64,000 bases of DNA from Flavobacterium sp. (GTDB lineage Bacteria; Bacteroidota; Bacteroidia; Flavobacteriales; Flavobacteriaceae): the NCBI RefSeq assembly GCF_027490375.1, contig NZ_JAIXYH010000016.1, forward strand, positions 31,123 through 95,122, given 5' to 3'. The position numbers were made by a program, and so were the translations under genes. Below the pieces are notes generated by a model, which worked only from the letters and a program-made list of their open reading frames with translations, was not told the origin of the DNA and did not search any database. This document shows positions 39,026-48,262 of this stretch, piece by piece; the stretch's first letter is position 1, and every line of letters starts with the position of its first letter.

Positions 39026-39700
39026 ATGATGAAAAATATACTTCTTGCGCTGCTAAGCATATGCTTTTTTGGATGCTCAAATTTTGGAAGTAAGGAAAGT
39101 TTCGAAGGCGTTTTAACATACAAAGTTATCGTAACGCCGAAAATTGATGATCCTAGAATTTCGAAAATACTGAGCGAGCGAAATGGGAATTTAGTACGGA
39201 TACACCTTTTAGCCGATGGCAGTTTTAGAAAAGAACACGTAAACAGCGGAGCTTCGGGATTTGAGTATTTATATTTCGACTCGAAAGAAAGCAAATTGTA
39301 TGCAAAATTCCGAAGCAAAGACACGCTACTCGTTTCCAAAACGGTCGAAAATACTATAATGTTCGAATCCCAAAAAGATCTTCCAAAGCAAAAAGTATTT
39401 GGTACTGATTGCCCTGGATACCGAATTGATGCGTTTGATCCGATCAACGCACAAAAAATAGCCTTAACATACTATTTCCCGGAAAACAAAGAGTACGTCG
39501 ATCCGAAAAATTACGCCTATTACAAAGATTTCTTCTACGACCTCATTGTTGCCAAAGCTAAGGCACCTTACTACAAATCGATTTTAGATTCGAATCTGTT
39601 TACAATCACTTATGAGATTGTAAAAATTGAAGCTAAGAAACTAGACAAAAAAAGTATCGGCGTTCCGGCAAATGCTCCCACAAAGATTCAAATCAATTAA
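39026..39700 (+). CDS. Lipoprotein of unknown function
   Basis: The start was trimmed to MMKNILLALLSICFFGCSN, a signal peptide with a lipobox. Confidence 0.6.
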   Translation: MMKNILLALLSICFFGCSNFGSKESFEGVLTYKVIVTPKIDDPRISKILSERNGNLVRIHLLADGSFRKEHVNSGASGFEYLYFDSKESKLYAKFRSKDTLLVSKTVENTIMFESQKDLPKQKVFGTDCPGYRIDAFDPINAQKIALTYYFPENKEYVDPKNYAYYKDFFYDLIVAKAKAPYYKSILDSNLFTITYEIVKIEAKKLDKKSIGVPANAPTKIQIN

Positions 39701-39728
39701 AAGCAGAAACGGCGAGCTATAACTCAAA

Positions 39729-40307
39729 ATGAGTGCTATTTTAAGAAAACACATTGAAAAGATCACGGCTTTAACCGATAAAGAATTCGACTACGTATTG
39801 TCGCATTTTTCGGTTAAATCAGCGAAAAAGCAACAATATCTAATTCAAGAAGGCGAATTGGTGCAGAACGATTTTTTCGTACTAAGTGGATTAGTAAAAT
39901 CGTATTACACCAATGCCGACGGCAAAGAACATTTAATGCAATTCGCTATGGAAGATTGGTGGATTACCGATTACCAAGCGTACTTTAATCAGCAGCATGC
40001 GCAATTAAATATCGATTGCATTGAAAACACACAAGTTCTTTGTTTATCGCTGCACAATCGTGAAAAACTTTGCACCGAAATGCACAAAATGGAGCACTTT
40101 TTCAGAAAAAAGTCGAACGCAGGATACGTAGCCTTGCAACGGCGTATTTTATCGCTGCTTAACAACAACGCGCAAGAGCGCTATGAGTCGTTGCTAAAGT
40201 TGTATCCCGAGCTTTTCCAGCGCGTCCCGAAAACTTTAATCGCCTCGTATCTGGGCGTATCACGCGAAACCTTAAGTCGTTTTTCCTCAAAAGCAGACTC
40301 AAAATAA
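39729..40307 (+). CDS. Crp/Fnr-family transcriptional regulator
   Basis: It has a cNMP-binding domain followed by an HTH ('LIASYLGVSRETLSRF'). Confidence 0.85.
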   Translation: MSAILRKHIEKITALTDKEFDYVLSHFSVKSAKKQQYLIQEGELVQNDFFVLSGLVKSYYTNADGKEHLMQFAMEDWWITDYQAYFNQQHAQLNIDCIENTQVLCLSLHNREKLCTEMHKMEHFFRKKSNAGYVALQRRILSLLNNNAQERYESLLKLYPELFQRVPKTLIASYLGVSRETLSRFSSKADSK

Positions 40308-40433
40308 ACAGACGATAAGCCTACATGTGATTTAGATCACACAAAAGTTGTGATGTAGGTCATATCTGGCTTTGACGGATGTTCCGAAATTTGTCTTGTT
40401 GAATATTCAAACGAACATTAATTAATAATTACA

Positions 40434-41204
40434 ATGAAACAGCGGAAATTTATTACGCAGGTTTTATGCTTGGTATTATTGGCGATGAGCGCCGCGGTGC
40501 CGGCACAAAAATTAAAATCAAAGAAAATGAATAAGAAAATCTTATTTGTGGTAACAAGCCACGACAAATTAGGGGAAACAGGTGAATCAACAGGATATTA
40601 CCTTGGCGAAGTTTCGCATCCATGGGCGGTATTAACAGCTGCGGGTTACGAAATTGATTTTGTGAGTCCGCTCGGTGGAAATCCGAAGTATTACGGCAAT
40701 AATCCGGAAGATGCCGTAAATCAGCAATTCTTGGCCAACGAAAAGTATCAAAAGAAAATTCAAAACACTTTGACGCCCGAGCAGGTTCGAGCTGAAGATT
40801 ACGCAGCGATTTTGTACGCTGGTGGTCATGGTACGATGTGGGATTTTCCCGACAACGCGGCTTTGGCAAAAATTGCACAAGAGATCTATGAAAACAACGG
40901 CATTGTTAGCGCGGTTTGCCACGGACCCGCAGGATTGGTAAACATAAAACTGAGCAACGGCAAGTATTTGGTTGACGGCAAGAAAATCAATGCTTTTACC
41001 AATGAAGAAGAGGCTGCTGTGAAGCTAGAAAACGTAGTTCCGTTTAGTTTGGAGACAAAATTAATTGAACGCGGGGCGAAATTTGAAAAATCTGGACTTT
41101 GGCAAACGCATGTAACTGTTGATGCACGTGTAGTTACGGGACAAAATCCGCAATCGGCACATGCCGTTGGCGAGGCTGTTTTAACCGAGCTTAAAAAGCT
41201 GTAA
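40434..41204 (+). CDS. DJ-1/PfpI-family (class I glutamine amidotransferase-like) protein, secreted
   Basis: It has a signal peptide and a nucleophile-elbow region 'AVCHGPAGL'. It also contains 'ILYAGGHG'. Confidence 0.8.
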   Translation: MKQRKFITQVLCLVLLAMSAAVPAQKLKSKKMNKKILFVVTSHDKLGETGESTGYYLGEVSHPWAVLTAAGYEIDFVSPLGGNPKYYGNNPEDAVNQQFLANEKYQKKIQNTLTPEQVRAEDYAAILYAGGHGTMWDFPDNAALAKIAQEIYENNGIVSAVCHGPAGLVNIKLSNGKYLVDGKKINAFTNEEEAAVKLENVVPFSLETKLIERGAKFEKSGLWQTHVTVDARVVTGQNPQSAHAVGEAVLTELKKL

Positions 41205-41227
41205 CGAATAAAAAGAGGTATAAAAAT

Positions 41228-41251
41228 GGCAGCTATTTGGCTGCCTTTATT
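41228..41251. terminator. Hairpin terminator between convergent genes
   Basis: GGCAGC (41228-41233) / GCTGCC (41240-41245) is flanked by A-rich sequence upstream and TTTATT downstream. Confidence 0.5.
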
Positions 41252-41708
41252 AATTAGATACACGTTTAAACGACATGATTCGCTGTGTTTTTATAAACAA
41301 TTCGAGTTCGTTTTGCTCGTCGATGCGGTAGCTGGTAATTTGCCCTAAAAGTTGCATGAATACTCTCTCGCCGTCGGAGCCACAAGCCATTTTGGTACTT
41401 TTTACTTTTTTAATGAAAACCGTAAGCGAGAGACGGTTTGAAAAAATGGGTCCGTTAAAGGTATTGTAACCGTTAAAACCACTAACTGTTTCGTTTTCAA
41501 TATCAAAGCTTACCGTTGGTCGTTTTGAAGGAAACAAGCCATCGATTGTATTTTTTTCGTACACTAAGCCCACCAATTCCCAGTTTCCGGCGAGCGACTG
41601 TTGCACTTTTTTCACTTGTTCTTGTGTTCCGTAGCAACCCGAAAATAAAAACGAGAATAGGAAAATGATGCTAAATCGATACAGGTATTTCATTTCTTTT
41701 TTTGTCAA
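41250..41708 (-). CDS. META-domain (HslJ-like) lipoprotein
   Basis: It has a lipobox (LFSGCYG). The 'LAGNWELVGL' and 'FNGYNTFNG' motifs are typical of META/DUF306 proteins. Confidence 0.7.
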   Translation of the reverse strand: MTKKEMKYLYRFSIIFLFSFLFSGCYGTQEQVKKVQQSLAGNWELVGLVYEKNTIDGLFPSKRPTVSFDIENETVSGFNGYNTFNGPIFSNRLSLTVFIKKVKSTKMACGSDGERVFMQLLGQITSYRIDEQNELELFIKTQRIMSFKRVSN

Positions 41709-41824
41709 AGATAAACCATAAAAAAAGTTGTTGCAGCACAGGTAAAATTTTAGCTAAAATACTACGACAGCCTCTTGTAAAATAACCCACGATGCGTGTA
41801 TTTTCGCGAGGCAAAAAGAAAAAC

Positions 41825-42349
41825 ATGAAAATACTTGAAATAGGATCGCGCATTGAGCATCCGGAATACGGAAAAGGTGTAGTAACCAATGTAAGCAGCA
41901 CCGAATATTGGGTAACTTTTATTGAGAACGGTTTAGAAACCATCCCCTTAACAGACACCTTTACCGTAATTGAAGCGGTAGAAAACGAGGTAGATACGAT
42001 TAGTTTTTATGAAGTAGAGCGCACGGTTCGCGAGATATTGCGCAAATGGGCCGACGTGGGCGAGGTAGTTGCCATTGGCGATAAATGGAAAGGTGGCAAA
42101 ATGATCATGCAACCCGGAACGGCTGGCTTGGCTTCTAAAGAAGTGCCGATTGACACATTCTTCCACAAAATTGTTATGTTGCGCGACCGTTTGCGTGTTA
42201 TGGAACAGAAAATCAATTCGAGCAATTTGGAAGAAATTGAAAAAATTGAATTGCAGCAGTACATCACCCGAATTTACGGAACGTTAACTACTTTTAATGT
42301 ATTGTTTAAATCGCCGAACCACAATTTTGTTGGCGAAAAGACGAAGTAG
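41825..42349 (+). CDS. Hypothetical cytoplasmic protein
   Basis: The start was trimmed to MKILEIGSRIEHPEYGKGVV. I recognised no family. Confidence 0.5.
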   Translation: MKILEIGSRIEHPEYGKGVVTNVSSTEYWVTFIENGLETIPLTDTFTVIEAVENEVDTISFYEVERTVREILRKWADVGEVVAIGDKWKGGKMIMQPGTAGLASKEVPIDTFFHKIVMLRDRLRVMEQKINSSNLEEIEKIELQQYITRIYGTLTTFNVLFKSPNHNFVGEKTK

Positions 42350-42360
42350 AAATATTTTTG

Positions 42361-42515
42361 GTAACGATTTTCGCGTTAGCAATTGCAGCGAAAACCCTTT
42401 GGATGTAAAGCGGTTACAAAAGTAGTGCGGTGCGGGCGACCCACAGAAGCCGGCGCCGCACGTACTTTTGACCGTTTTACGAACGAAGGTTGTAGCGAAA
42501 AGTGCGACCGGCAAT
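42361..42515 (-). ncRNA. Core copy D of the structured repeat element (inverted orientation)
   Basis: On the minus strand the outer stem is GTAAAACGGT / ACCGCTTTAC (plus-strand coordinates 42471-42480 and 42405-42414). The next stem is CAAAAGTA(C)GTGCGG / CCGCACTACTTTTG. The apical part reads CCGGC TTCTGTGGGTC GCCCG. Confidence 0.55.
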
Positions 42516-42744
42516 AGCTTGGGCGAGGCATGGGAATTGCCGGGAACGCCCGAATTAGGATGTTGATTTAGAAAAAGAAAAATTTCGTAAAATCGCTTGA
42601 AGATGAATTTTTAGCTTGATATCAGAGCATTTAAAATTGGAATTATGCTAGAATGCAACTGGTTAAGCTAATAGCGATAGTAGTGTTTCGGTTTTCAACA
42701 AAAATGCTAAAAAGTCTTGTTTGTCTCAAGTTTATTCTTAATTT

Positions 42745-42824
42745 CGCCTCATCTCTAGACCAAGAGAGCTGTACGGCTCTGGACGGCCTGGAACAAGTCC
42801 TCGGTTTGTAACCGGGGTTTTTTT
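42745..42824 (+). ncRNA. Candidate small RNA (~75-80 nt) ending in a strong intrinsic terminator
   Basis: A near-consensus Bacteroidota -7 box, TAATTTCG, lies at 42739-42746. The transcript could form internal hairpins AGAGC/GCUCU and GGAC/GUCC. The terminator stem is CCTCGGTT (42799-42806) / AACCGGGG (42810-42817) followed by T7. No + strand ORF is present. Confidence 0.35.
42799..42824 (+). terminator. Rho-independent terminator (plus strand)
   Basis: It has an 8-bp GC-rich stem, a UGU loop and seven T residues. It abuts the 3' end of the convergent DUF3800 reading frame. Confidence 0.75.
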
Positions 42825-43575
42825 ATATCCTAATGATACCAAGTTCATCAGACTTTTTTGATTTAAAAGATTTATCTTTCAGATAATTGAGAAAAATCTT
42901 GTTAGCATGGAATTTTTTTCTTGATCCTTTGGGAAACTCCATCTCCTTTAACGTGTATGCAACAATATCGGACGATTGTATAAACATCGAATCTGTTGAT
43001 ACTCTAAAAATCGGATCTTAAATTACCAGTCCAATCCTAATGTCTGGAACTTTTTCACCACTTGCGCCTGTTCCTAAAAGCTTTCTAATGTGTGTGTTTA
43101 TGTGTTTTTCATTTGCTCGATCAAAAAAGACAATCCCATTCTGTTCTTTAATTTTAAGAAATTCATCAAAAGCTTGATAAAGTTCCGTAACTGCAGATGT
43201 AAGATATTCTGCAGGTTCTAATGCCGTTTTTGTTTTATCGATTACAACATTAATCAAAGTTAATGCTCCATTTTGACCAATAGTATTGGCATACTCAGAA
43301 ATTAACTTCCATCTGTCGGCTACATTTATCTGCGTATATTCTTTAACTTTATGTGGATCTATTAACTCAGCGCAATGAAATTCAATGTGATATGGAAGAT
43401 ATGCTTCACGTGCTATTTTCTTTCTAAAGGCCTTAAAAGTTTCTAAAGATGCTTTCCATCTATTTGCGCCAACAATTATTCTTGAAATAATAAAATATTT
43501 TGAACCAGATTTAAGAGTGTTTTCTGGGTCGTGTTTTCCACAATCTCCACTTTCATCTATATAACAAAAATACAT
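42823..43575 (-). pseudogene. DUF3800-family gene with a single in-frame TAA (185 codons + stop + 64 codons)
   Basis: The N-terminus MYFCYIDESGD is the DUF3800 hallmark. The frame stops at TAA (43020-43018) and continues in the same frame as DPIFRVSTDSMFIQSSDIVAYTLKEM...GIIRI*. That continuation carries the family's C-terminal 'DP.F..S..S..IQ..D..AY' motif. Confidence 0.7.
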
Positions 43576-43846
43576 AAGTTAACATTTTTGCTAAACTATG
43601 AAATTAGGTTAAAATAAGAAATCAATCCGTTATAAAATTCACGTTTTGAAGGTTTACTACAAAATTGAAAGTAAGCTAAATTTTTTAGAACTCTAGGCAG
43701 TATATTTTCCCAATAAACTCCAGCAAATACGCGCTTTCTAAACGCATCTCAAGTGGTGTCAATTTAGAAAATACTTGATTTGATGCTTTACGCTTAAATG
43801 TGGCAGATGAACCTTGTGCATTTGCAGATTGGCTTTTATTCGTTCT

Positions 43847-44674
43847 TTAGGCTTTATTGGTTAGCTGAGTAAGTTCGTCGATACATTTCTTGAGGTCTTT
43901 TTTCCACTCGAGATGAATCGTTTTGTCGTTCTTGATAATCCTTAAATTCTGTTTAAGTAACGATAGAAACTCTTTGTTTTTGGTATAGATAACGGCTTCT
44001 AAAAGTAACTTACCATATTCCCCGCCAATAATTTCTCTTTTAATAATGTCAAGTATTCTTTTGTCGTTTCGTTTTGCCAAACCTACAATAGCTTCCAGTT
44101 TCGTTTCTTGATGTTTGTCATTAACTCTTTTCCACAGGGCTTCTCTGATCGCTTCATTGTTTCGTTCGATTTGCGTTCCAAGTCCAAAAGTTGCCCAATT
44201 TCTAATATGGCTTAATTTATCTGAAGAGAGTTTTATTAGCATTTCAATGGCAGCCGGGTTGTCAATTCCCAACAACGCAGCAACTACACCATCTTTAACC
44301 CTACTATCTTCGCTATTTTCGAATGAACATATCTGTTTAATTTGTTCGTTATCAATATTTTCATTGTTATGACCGATAGAATAGAGCAAAGACATTAGAA
44401 CTTCAGGGTCGTTTTCGGTTTTAAGCAAATCAAAGTAAATTTTTAGCGTTTCATGCAAAAATGGTCTTGGTGGCAAACCTAATTGCGCTAAAATGTCGAT
44501 ACCAATTCTTCTTTCTTTCGGTTTATCGGATTTGGTTAATTCGATGCACTTAGCAAACAGGTCAAGACTCGGTCGTTTTCTTAATGCACTGATGTTTTCC
44601 CAACGAGATTTTACCGACTTGTTGTTTATGAGTCGGGATATTATTTTATCGTCAGTCCAATTTTTTCTGCTCAT
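43847..44674 (-). CDS. HEAT-repeat protein
   Basis: 275 aa with repeated helical pairs such as 'ERRIGIDILAQLG', 'SRVKDGVVAALLGIDNPAAIEMLIKL' and 'IRNWATFGLG', which resemble PBS-lyase/HEAT-like repeats. Confidence 0.65.
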   Translation of the reverse strand: MSRKNWTDDKIISRLINNKSVKSRWENISALRKRPSLDLFAKCIELTKSDKPKERRIGIDILAQLGLPPRPFLHETLKIYFDLLKTENDPEVLMSLLYSIGHNNENIDNEQIKQICSFENSEDSRVKDGVVAALLGIDNPAAIEMLIKLSSDKLSHIRNWATFGLGTQIERNNEAIREALWKRVNDKHQETKLEAIVGLAKRNDKRILDIIKREIIGGEYGKLLLEAVIYTKNKEFLSLLKQNLRIIKNDKTIHLEWKKDLKKCIDELTQLTNKA

Positions 44675-44808
44675 TTTTCTTTTGCCGTGTTTTGTTAGAA
44701 TGCTGTAAAACCATTTGTAGAACGCGATGTCTATAGAATTCTACGTACCCTACTTTCAAGTCAGTACAAACTTTGTTAGTGCATTAATCATTGAACCGCC
44801 ACTTTTGG
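44656..44808 (-). repeat. Direct repeat copy 1 (~155 bp): 5' end and upstream region of the HEAT gene
   Basis: It is nearly identical to 46621-46775, by eye about nine in ten positions. It includes the first six codons (MSRKNW) and the upstream sequence. Confidence 0.85.
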
Positions 44809-44832
44809 ACAGGTGCTCTTAAGCGCGATGGA

Positions 44833-45237
44833 TTAATTTCTTTTAAAGATTATACTTCCAAAAATAGCCCAAAGAAAAGGAATGGCAGAAAGAGTTATTT
44901 GAAATAAATTGTCTAATATCTTCGATTCCTTTGCTTCGTCATTAGATGCGTATCGGTTTGTAAAATACAAATGGCGCTTATAAGTTCTCAAAATTAGGGT
45001 GTCGAAAAATTTATAAAGTATCATAAAGGTAACAGGAGCTAAAAGTGTAAATGACAAAACTTTATCTGTCGTGGAAAGTGGATAATTTATTGTGATCAGA
45101 AGGATGAGCGCTAAAAATACAGATAAACCTAATAACGTCATATAGAGTTTTGGTTGTCTTAAAATTTGATGCGTGTAAGGTAGACCGGAACTAAGGATCC
45201 ACACGTAAGTAATACAAATTACATAAACTATGATCAT
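44833..45237 (-). CDS. Small membrane protein (4 TM)
   Basis: 134 aa and hydrophobic. Its ATG overlaps the stop codon of a possible upstream mini-ORF in an ATGA overlap. Confidence 0.55.
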   Translation of the reverse strand: MIIVYVICITYVWILSSGLPYTHQILRQPKLYMTLLGLSVFLALILLITINYPLSTTDKVLSFTLLAPVTFMILYKFFDTLILRTYKRHLYFTNRYASNDEAKESKILDNLFQITLSAIPFLWAIFGSIIFKRN

Positions 45238-45424
45238 TCTGCTTGGGTTCTTTTTTTGATAGTGGCGTAATCAATAACTTCCGAATATACTTTAGTTACG
45301 TAGCTTTTTGGGGGTATGTTCACAATGTAAAACGAGTAAAACATTAAAAGAGAATACAGAGCGATTATCCTGTTATGAAAAATCCGTTTGGGCGATTCGT
45401 TGCTATTTGCTAATCTATTTCCAG

Positions 45425-46486
45425 CTACCTTTTGTATTCTGTGTAATTCATAAATTTTTTTCCATCGAAAAAATATATTCCATTTTCTCTGGTCCCGACC
45501 CAAATCTTGCCGTTTTTATCTTCCATAATTTCCCAAATCCAAGGATTGATTAGGCCTTCATTAAAATAGGTGAACGTTTTGCCGTCGTAACTTCTAAGAC
45601 CATCGCTCGATCCAAACCAGAGATTTCCCTTTTTATCTTCTATAATTCGGGTAACTTCGCTTGGTAACCCATCTTTTTTTGTGAAACTTGTAAATGTTTT
45701 TCCATCGTACCGATAGGCTCCACCCCAATTGCTGAACCAAATATTTCCATTTTTGTCTTGCAATTGCGGCCACCCCCAATTATGCGCTTTTGGTTTTGGT
45801 CCATTTTGAAACAAATCCATTGGTTTGAGGTTGGTTACAGATTTTCCATCGTAGTAAAAAACACCTTCATTAGTTCGTCCACCTAACCACACGTTACCCG
45901 TATTGTCTTCTAAAATGCGTTCCACTCGGTCATTACTACTTAAAAAACCATTTGGCGCTTCATTGATTGGGAAATGTGTAAACGATTTTCCATCGTAAAT
46001 ATAAACACCATCAATTGTTACAAACCATAGTTTTCCATCTTTTGCTTGTAACATATTGTATACCCAATGACCCTGATAGTAGCTGTTCTTATTAGGAGGC
46101 AAATTATTTGGTATTGGAATTTGAATTTTGGAAAATGTCGTTCCGTTGTAAATGCAAAGACCTACTTCAGTACCTACCCAAATTTTACCCTCTTTATCTT
46201 CCAAAATGCAATAAATTTTATTAGAATCCAGCCCATCTTTAGTTGTAAATTGGTTGAACGATTTTCCGTCATACTTATAAAGTCCGTTATCAGTGGTCCC
46301 GAACCAAAGATTACCTGATTTGTCCTGCATAAAACGTGAAACGCAGTAATTGCTAAAGTTTTTAAAAACTGGTGTAAGTTCGTTTTCTTGTGGTCGTTCT
46401 TTTTGGATTGGAGTGTTGCAGGCAGTTGCTAAAAGTACTATTAACAGTACAGTGAATAATGGTATTTGTAGGAAATGTATTTTCAT
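45425..46486 (-). CDS. Lipoprotein made of two-component-regulator-propeller (Reg_prop) repeats
   Basis: It has a lipobox (LLATACN). It carries repeated 'G.LWFGT..G.Y.YDGK.F..FT..DGL' units, at least six of them. It has no kinase or HTH domains. Confidence 0.75.
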   Translation of the reverse strand: MKIHFLQIPLFTVLLIVLLATACNTPIQKERPQENELTPVFKNFSNYCVSRFMQDKSGNLWFGTTDNGLYKYDGKSFNQFTTKDGLDSNKIYCILEDKEGKIWVGTEVGLCIYNGTTFSKIQIPIPNNLPPNKNSYYQGHWVYNMLQAKDGKLWFVTIDGVYIYDGKSFTHFPINEAPNGFLSSNDRVERILEDNTGNVWLGGRTNEGVFYYDGKSVTNLKPMDLFQNGPKPKAHNWGWPQLQDKNGNIWFSNWGGAYRYDGKTFTSFTKKDGLPSEVTRIIEDKKGNLWFGSSDGLRSYDGKTFTYFNEGLINPWIWEIMEDKNGKIWVGTRENGIYFFDGKKFMNYTEYKR

Positions 46487-46620
46487 TGTTCAAATAGTTT
46501 TTGGTATTCTGTTCTCCATTATAGGATTGGTAACCGCTCTTCGTTGAGCAATAACTTTCCAAATATTAAAGTTCACTATTTATAGAGCAACTCTCAACAA
46601 AATTGTAAGTTCTTACGCAT

Positions 46621-46775
46621 TTCCAATTTTTTCTACTCATTTTTCTTTTGCCGTGTTATGTTCGCATGCAGTAAAACTATTTGTAGACCGCGATGTCTAT
46701 AGAATTCTACGTACCCTACTTTCAAGTCAGTACAAACTTTGTTAGTGCATTAATTAATGAAACGCCACTTTTTGC
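46621..46775 (-). repeat. Direct repeat copy 2 (~155 bp), with an orphan MSRKNW start
   Basis: It matches 44656-44808. The downstream frame diverges after six codons and stops after 24 codons. Confidence 0.85.
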
Positions 46776-46784
46776 AAGCTGACC

Positions 46785-48119
46785 TTATCCTTCGTTTTTC
46801 TCGATTTTATTTAATTTTTCGATTGCTTCGTGTTCGCCTTTTTGTGCTGCTAATTTCAGAAATTCTAATCCTTTTTCTTTGTCTCCGTTCATTATTAAAA
46901 ATTCCGCGTAATGATACTCTAAAAGGTCAACCGATTGTGTTATTGATTCAAACGACTTTCGGAAATATTCTTCTGCTTTTTTCATTTCACCTTTTGCCTG
47001 ATGATACAGAGCAAAATTTCTATATGTATAAGCAGGATCGTTGTTTTCTGTCTGCAATGCTTTTTCTAGAAACGATCTTCCTTCATCTAACTGGCCGAGC
47101 TGAATTAATGCATATCCTAAATTATCGTTTGCGTATCCGTAGTTTGGGATAATTCGCAAGGAACTTTTGAAATAACTCGACGCTTGTTCGTAATTTTTTA
47201 GTCTGATGGCAATGTATCCTAAATTGTTATAAACTTCTGCTTTCATAACATCATTTTTGGTCAAGAAAAGTACATTTTGCAACAGCGTAATAGCTTCTTC
47301 AAAGTCGTTTTCTAAATACCGCTCACTTGCCGCTTTAAAAAGCTCATTAGACTGAAGTTCCCTCTTGTCGTACAGATCGTTTGGATTATCTTTCAAGTAT
47401 TTAATGGCTTTTCTAAATTGGCTTTTCAAGTCACTCGGCAATTGATCAATCCATTTTGGAGCGTCTTGTTCAATTAAATTGGAATAGGTGGCAAGGGCAA
47501 ACGCCATTACCTCAGTTGGCATTTCAGAAATATAGTTCCATTTGGTTACCCAATATCCGTCATTAACGCTACCAATGTCTTTTAAACTATGAGAAAGTAA
47601 AACTCCAAAACCAAAATAAATGCCTGCCAAGTAAATAAACAAGTCGGTGTCATCAGCTGTGTCGTATTCAAGTTTATTGTCGGTAAGTTTGATTTTGATA
47701 AAATCGTACACCAAACTGTAAATTAATCTTTTGGGGTTGTTTTGTAGGCTGTTCGCTATATAGATTTTATAGTTACCTTCTTCTATTCGCACTGTTGTTT
47801 CAAACGGTTTTCCTTCGATTTCGTAGGGCGTGTGATAAGAATCTCTAATGTCTTTAACGACTTCAAACGACAGTTTATCTTCTTGAATTTGAAACAGAAA
47901 ACATAAGTCTTTAATGATGTTTTCAATTAAAACTTTGCTAACACTAAAAGAATTTGGAAAGTAGTTTTCTGAAAGAAGAATTTGTTCATTTTCATAGTAT
48001 GGGTAACCAAAAACTTTGATTAGCCATCTGAAGTTATCTTCAATCCAAAGTTTGTCGAGTTCAGATATCCGAAACGTGTCATTTTCTTTATTTTTTTTTA
48101 GGAACCCGAATAGCTTCAT
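46785..48119 (-). CDS. TPR-repeat protein with an unassigned ~270-aa N-terminal domain
   Basis: The C-terminal part has TPR units ('AEVYNNLGYIAIRLKNYEQASSYFKSSLRIIPNY', 'ANDNLGYALIQLGQLDEG...'). Confidence 0.7.
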   Translation of the reverse strand: MKLFGFLKKNKENDTFRISELDKLWIEDNFRWLIKVFGYPYYENEQILLSENYFPNSFSVSKVLIENIIKDLCFLFQIQEDKLSFEVVKDIRDSYHTPYEIEGKPFETTVRIEEGNYKIYIANSLQNNPKRLIYSLVYDFIKIKLTDNKLEYDTADDTDLFIYLAGIYFGFGVLLSHSLKDIGSVNDGYWVTKWNYISEMPTEVMAFALATYSNLIEQDAPKWIDQLPSDLKSQFRKAIKYLKDNPNDLYDKRELQSNELFKAASERYLENDFEEAITLLQNVLFLTKNDVMKAEVYNNLGYIAIRLKNYEQASSYFKSSLRIIPNYGYANDNLGYALIQLGQLDEGRSFLEKALQTENNDPAYTYRNFALYHQAKGEMKKAEEYFRKSFESITQSVDLLEYHYAEFLIMNGDKEKGLEFLKLAAQKGEHEAIEKLNKIEKNEG

Positions 48120-48262
48120 AATCTCGTTTTAAAATGGAACCTACTTTTTAATACAACTACGCTAGTAGGATTTTGGAACACTCTTTTTTCTTCCTGTTAT
48201 ACTTTAAGTTATGCCATAACTGTTTAAAACCAACCTTGGTAAAATTCCTGATTTTAATAGCG

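Noticed and set aside
42745-42824. Identification of the candidate sRNA as SRP (4.5S) RNA, tRNA or the tmRNA 3' end
   Set aside because: It lacks the SRP domain IV GGAA tetraloop/AGCAGC motif. It has no T-loop GTTCGAATC-like sequence or CCA-type acceptor end. It is left as an unclassified candidate.
22736-43020. Stop-codon reassignment or programmed read-through of TAA as the explanation for the two in-frame TAAs (22736 and 43018)
   Set aside because: TAA cleanly terminates highly conserved genes in the same window at their expected lengths (for example sucD at 5256 and efp at 8656). Ordinary nonsense decay of accessory genes is the simpler explanation.
45234-45503. 89-aa minus-strand ORF overlapping the 3' end of the propeller gene
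   Set aside because: Most of it overlaps the well-supported propeller CDS. Only a 36-codon remnant (from M at 45344) could be independent. Its ATGA overlap with the 4-TM gene is suggestive but not enough to call a gene.
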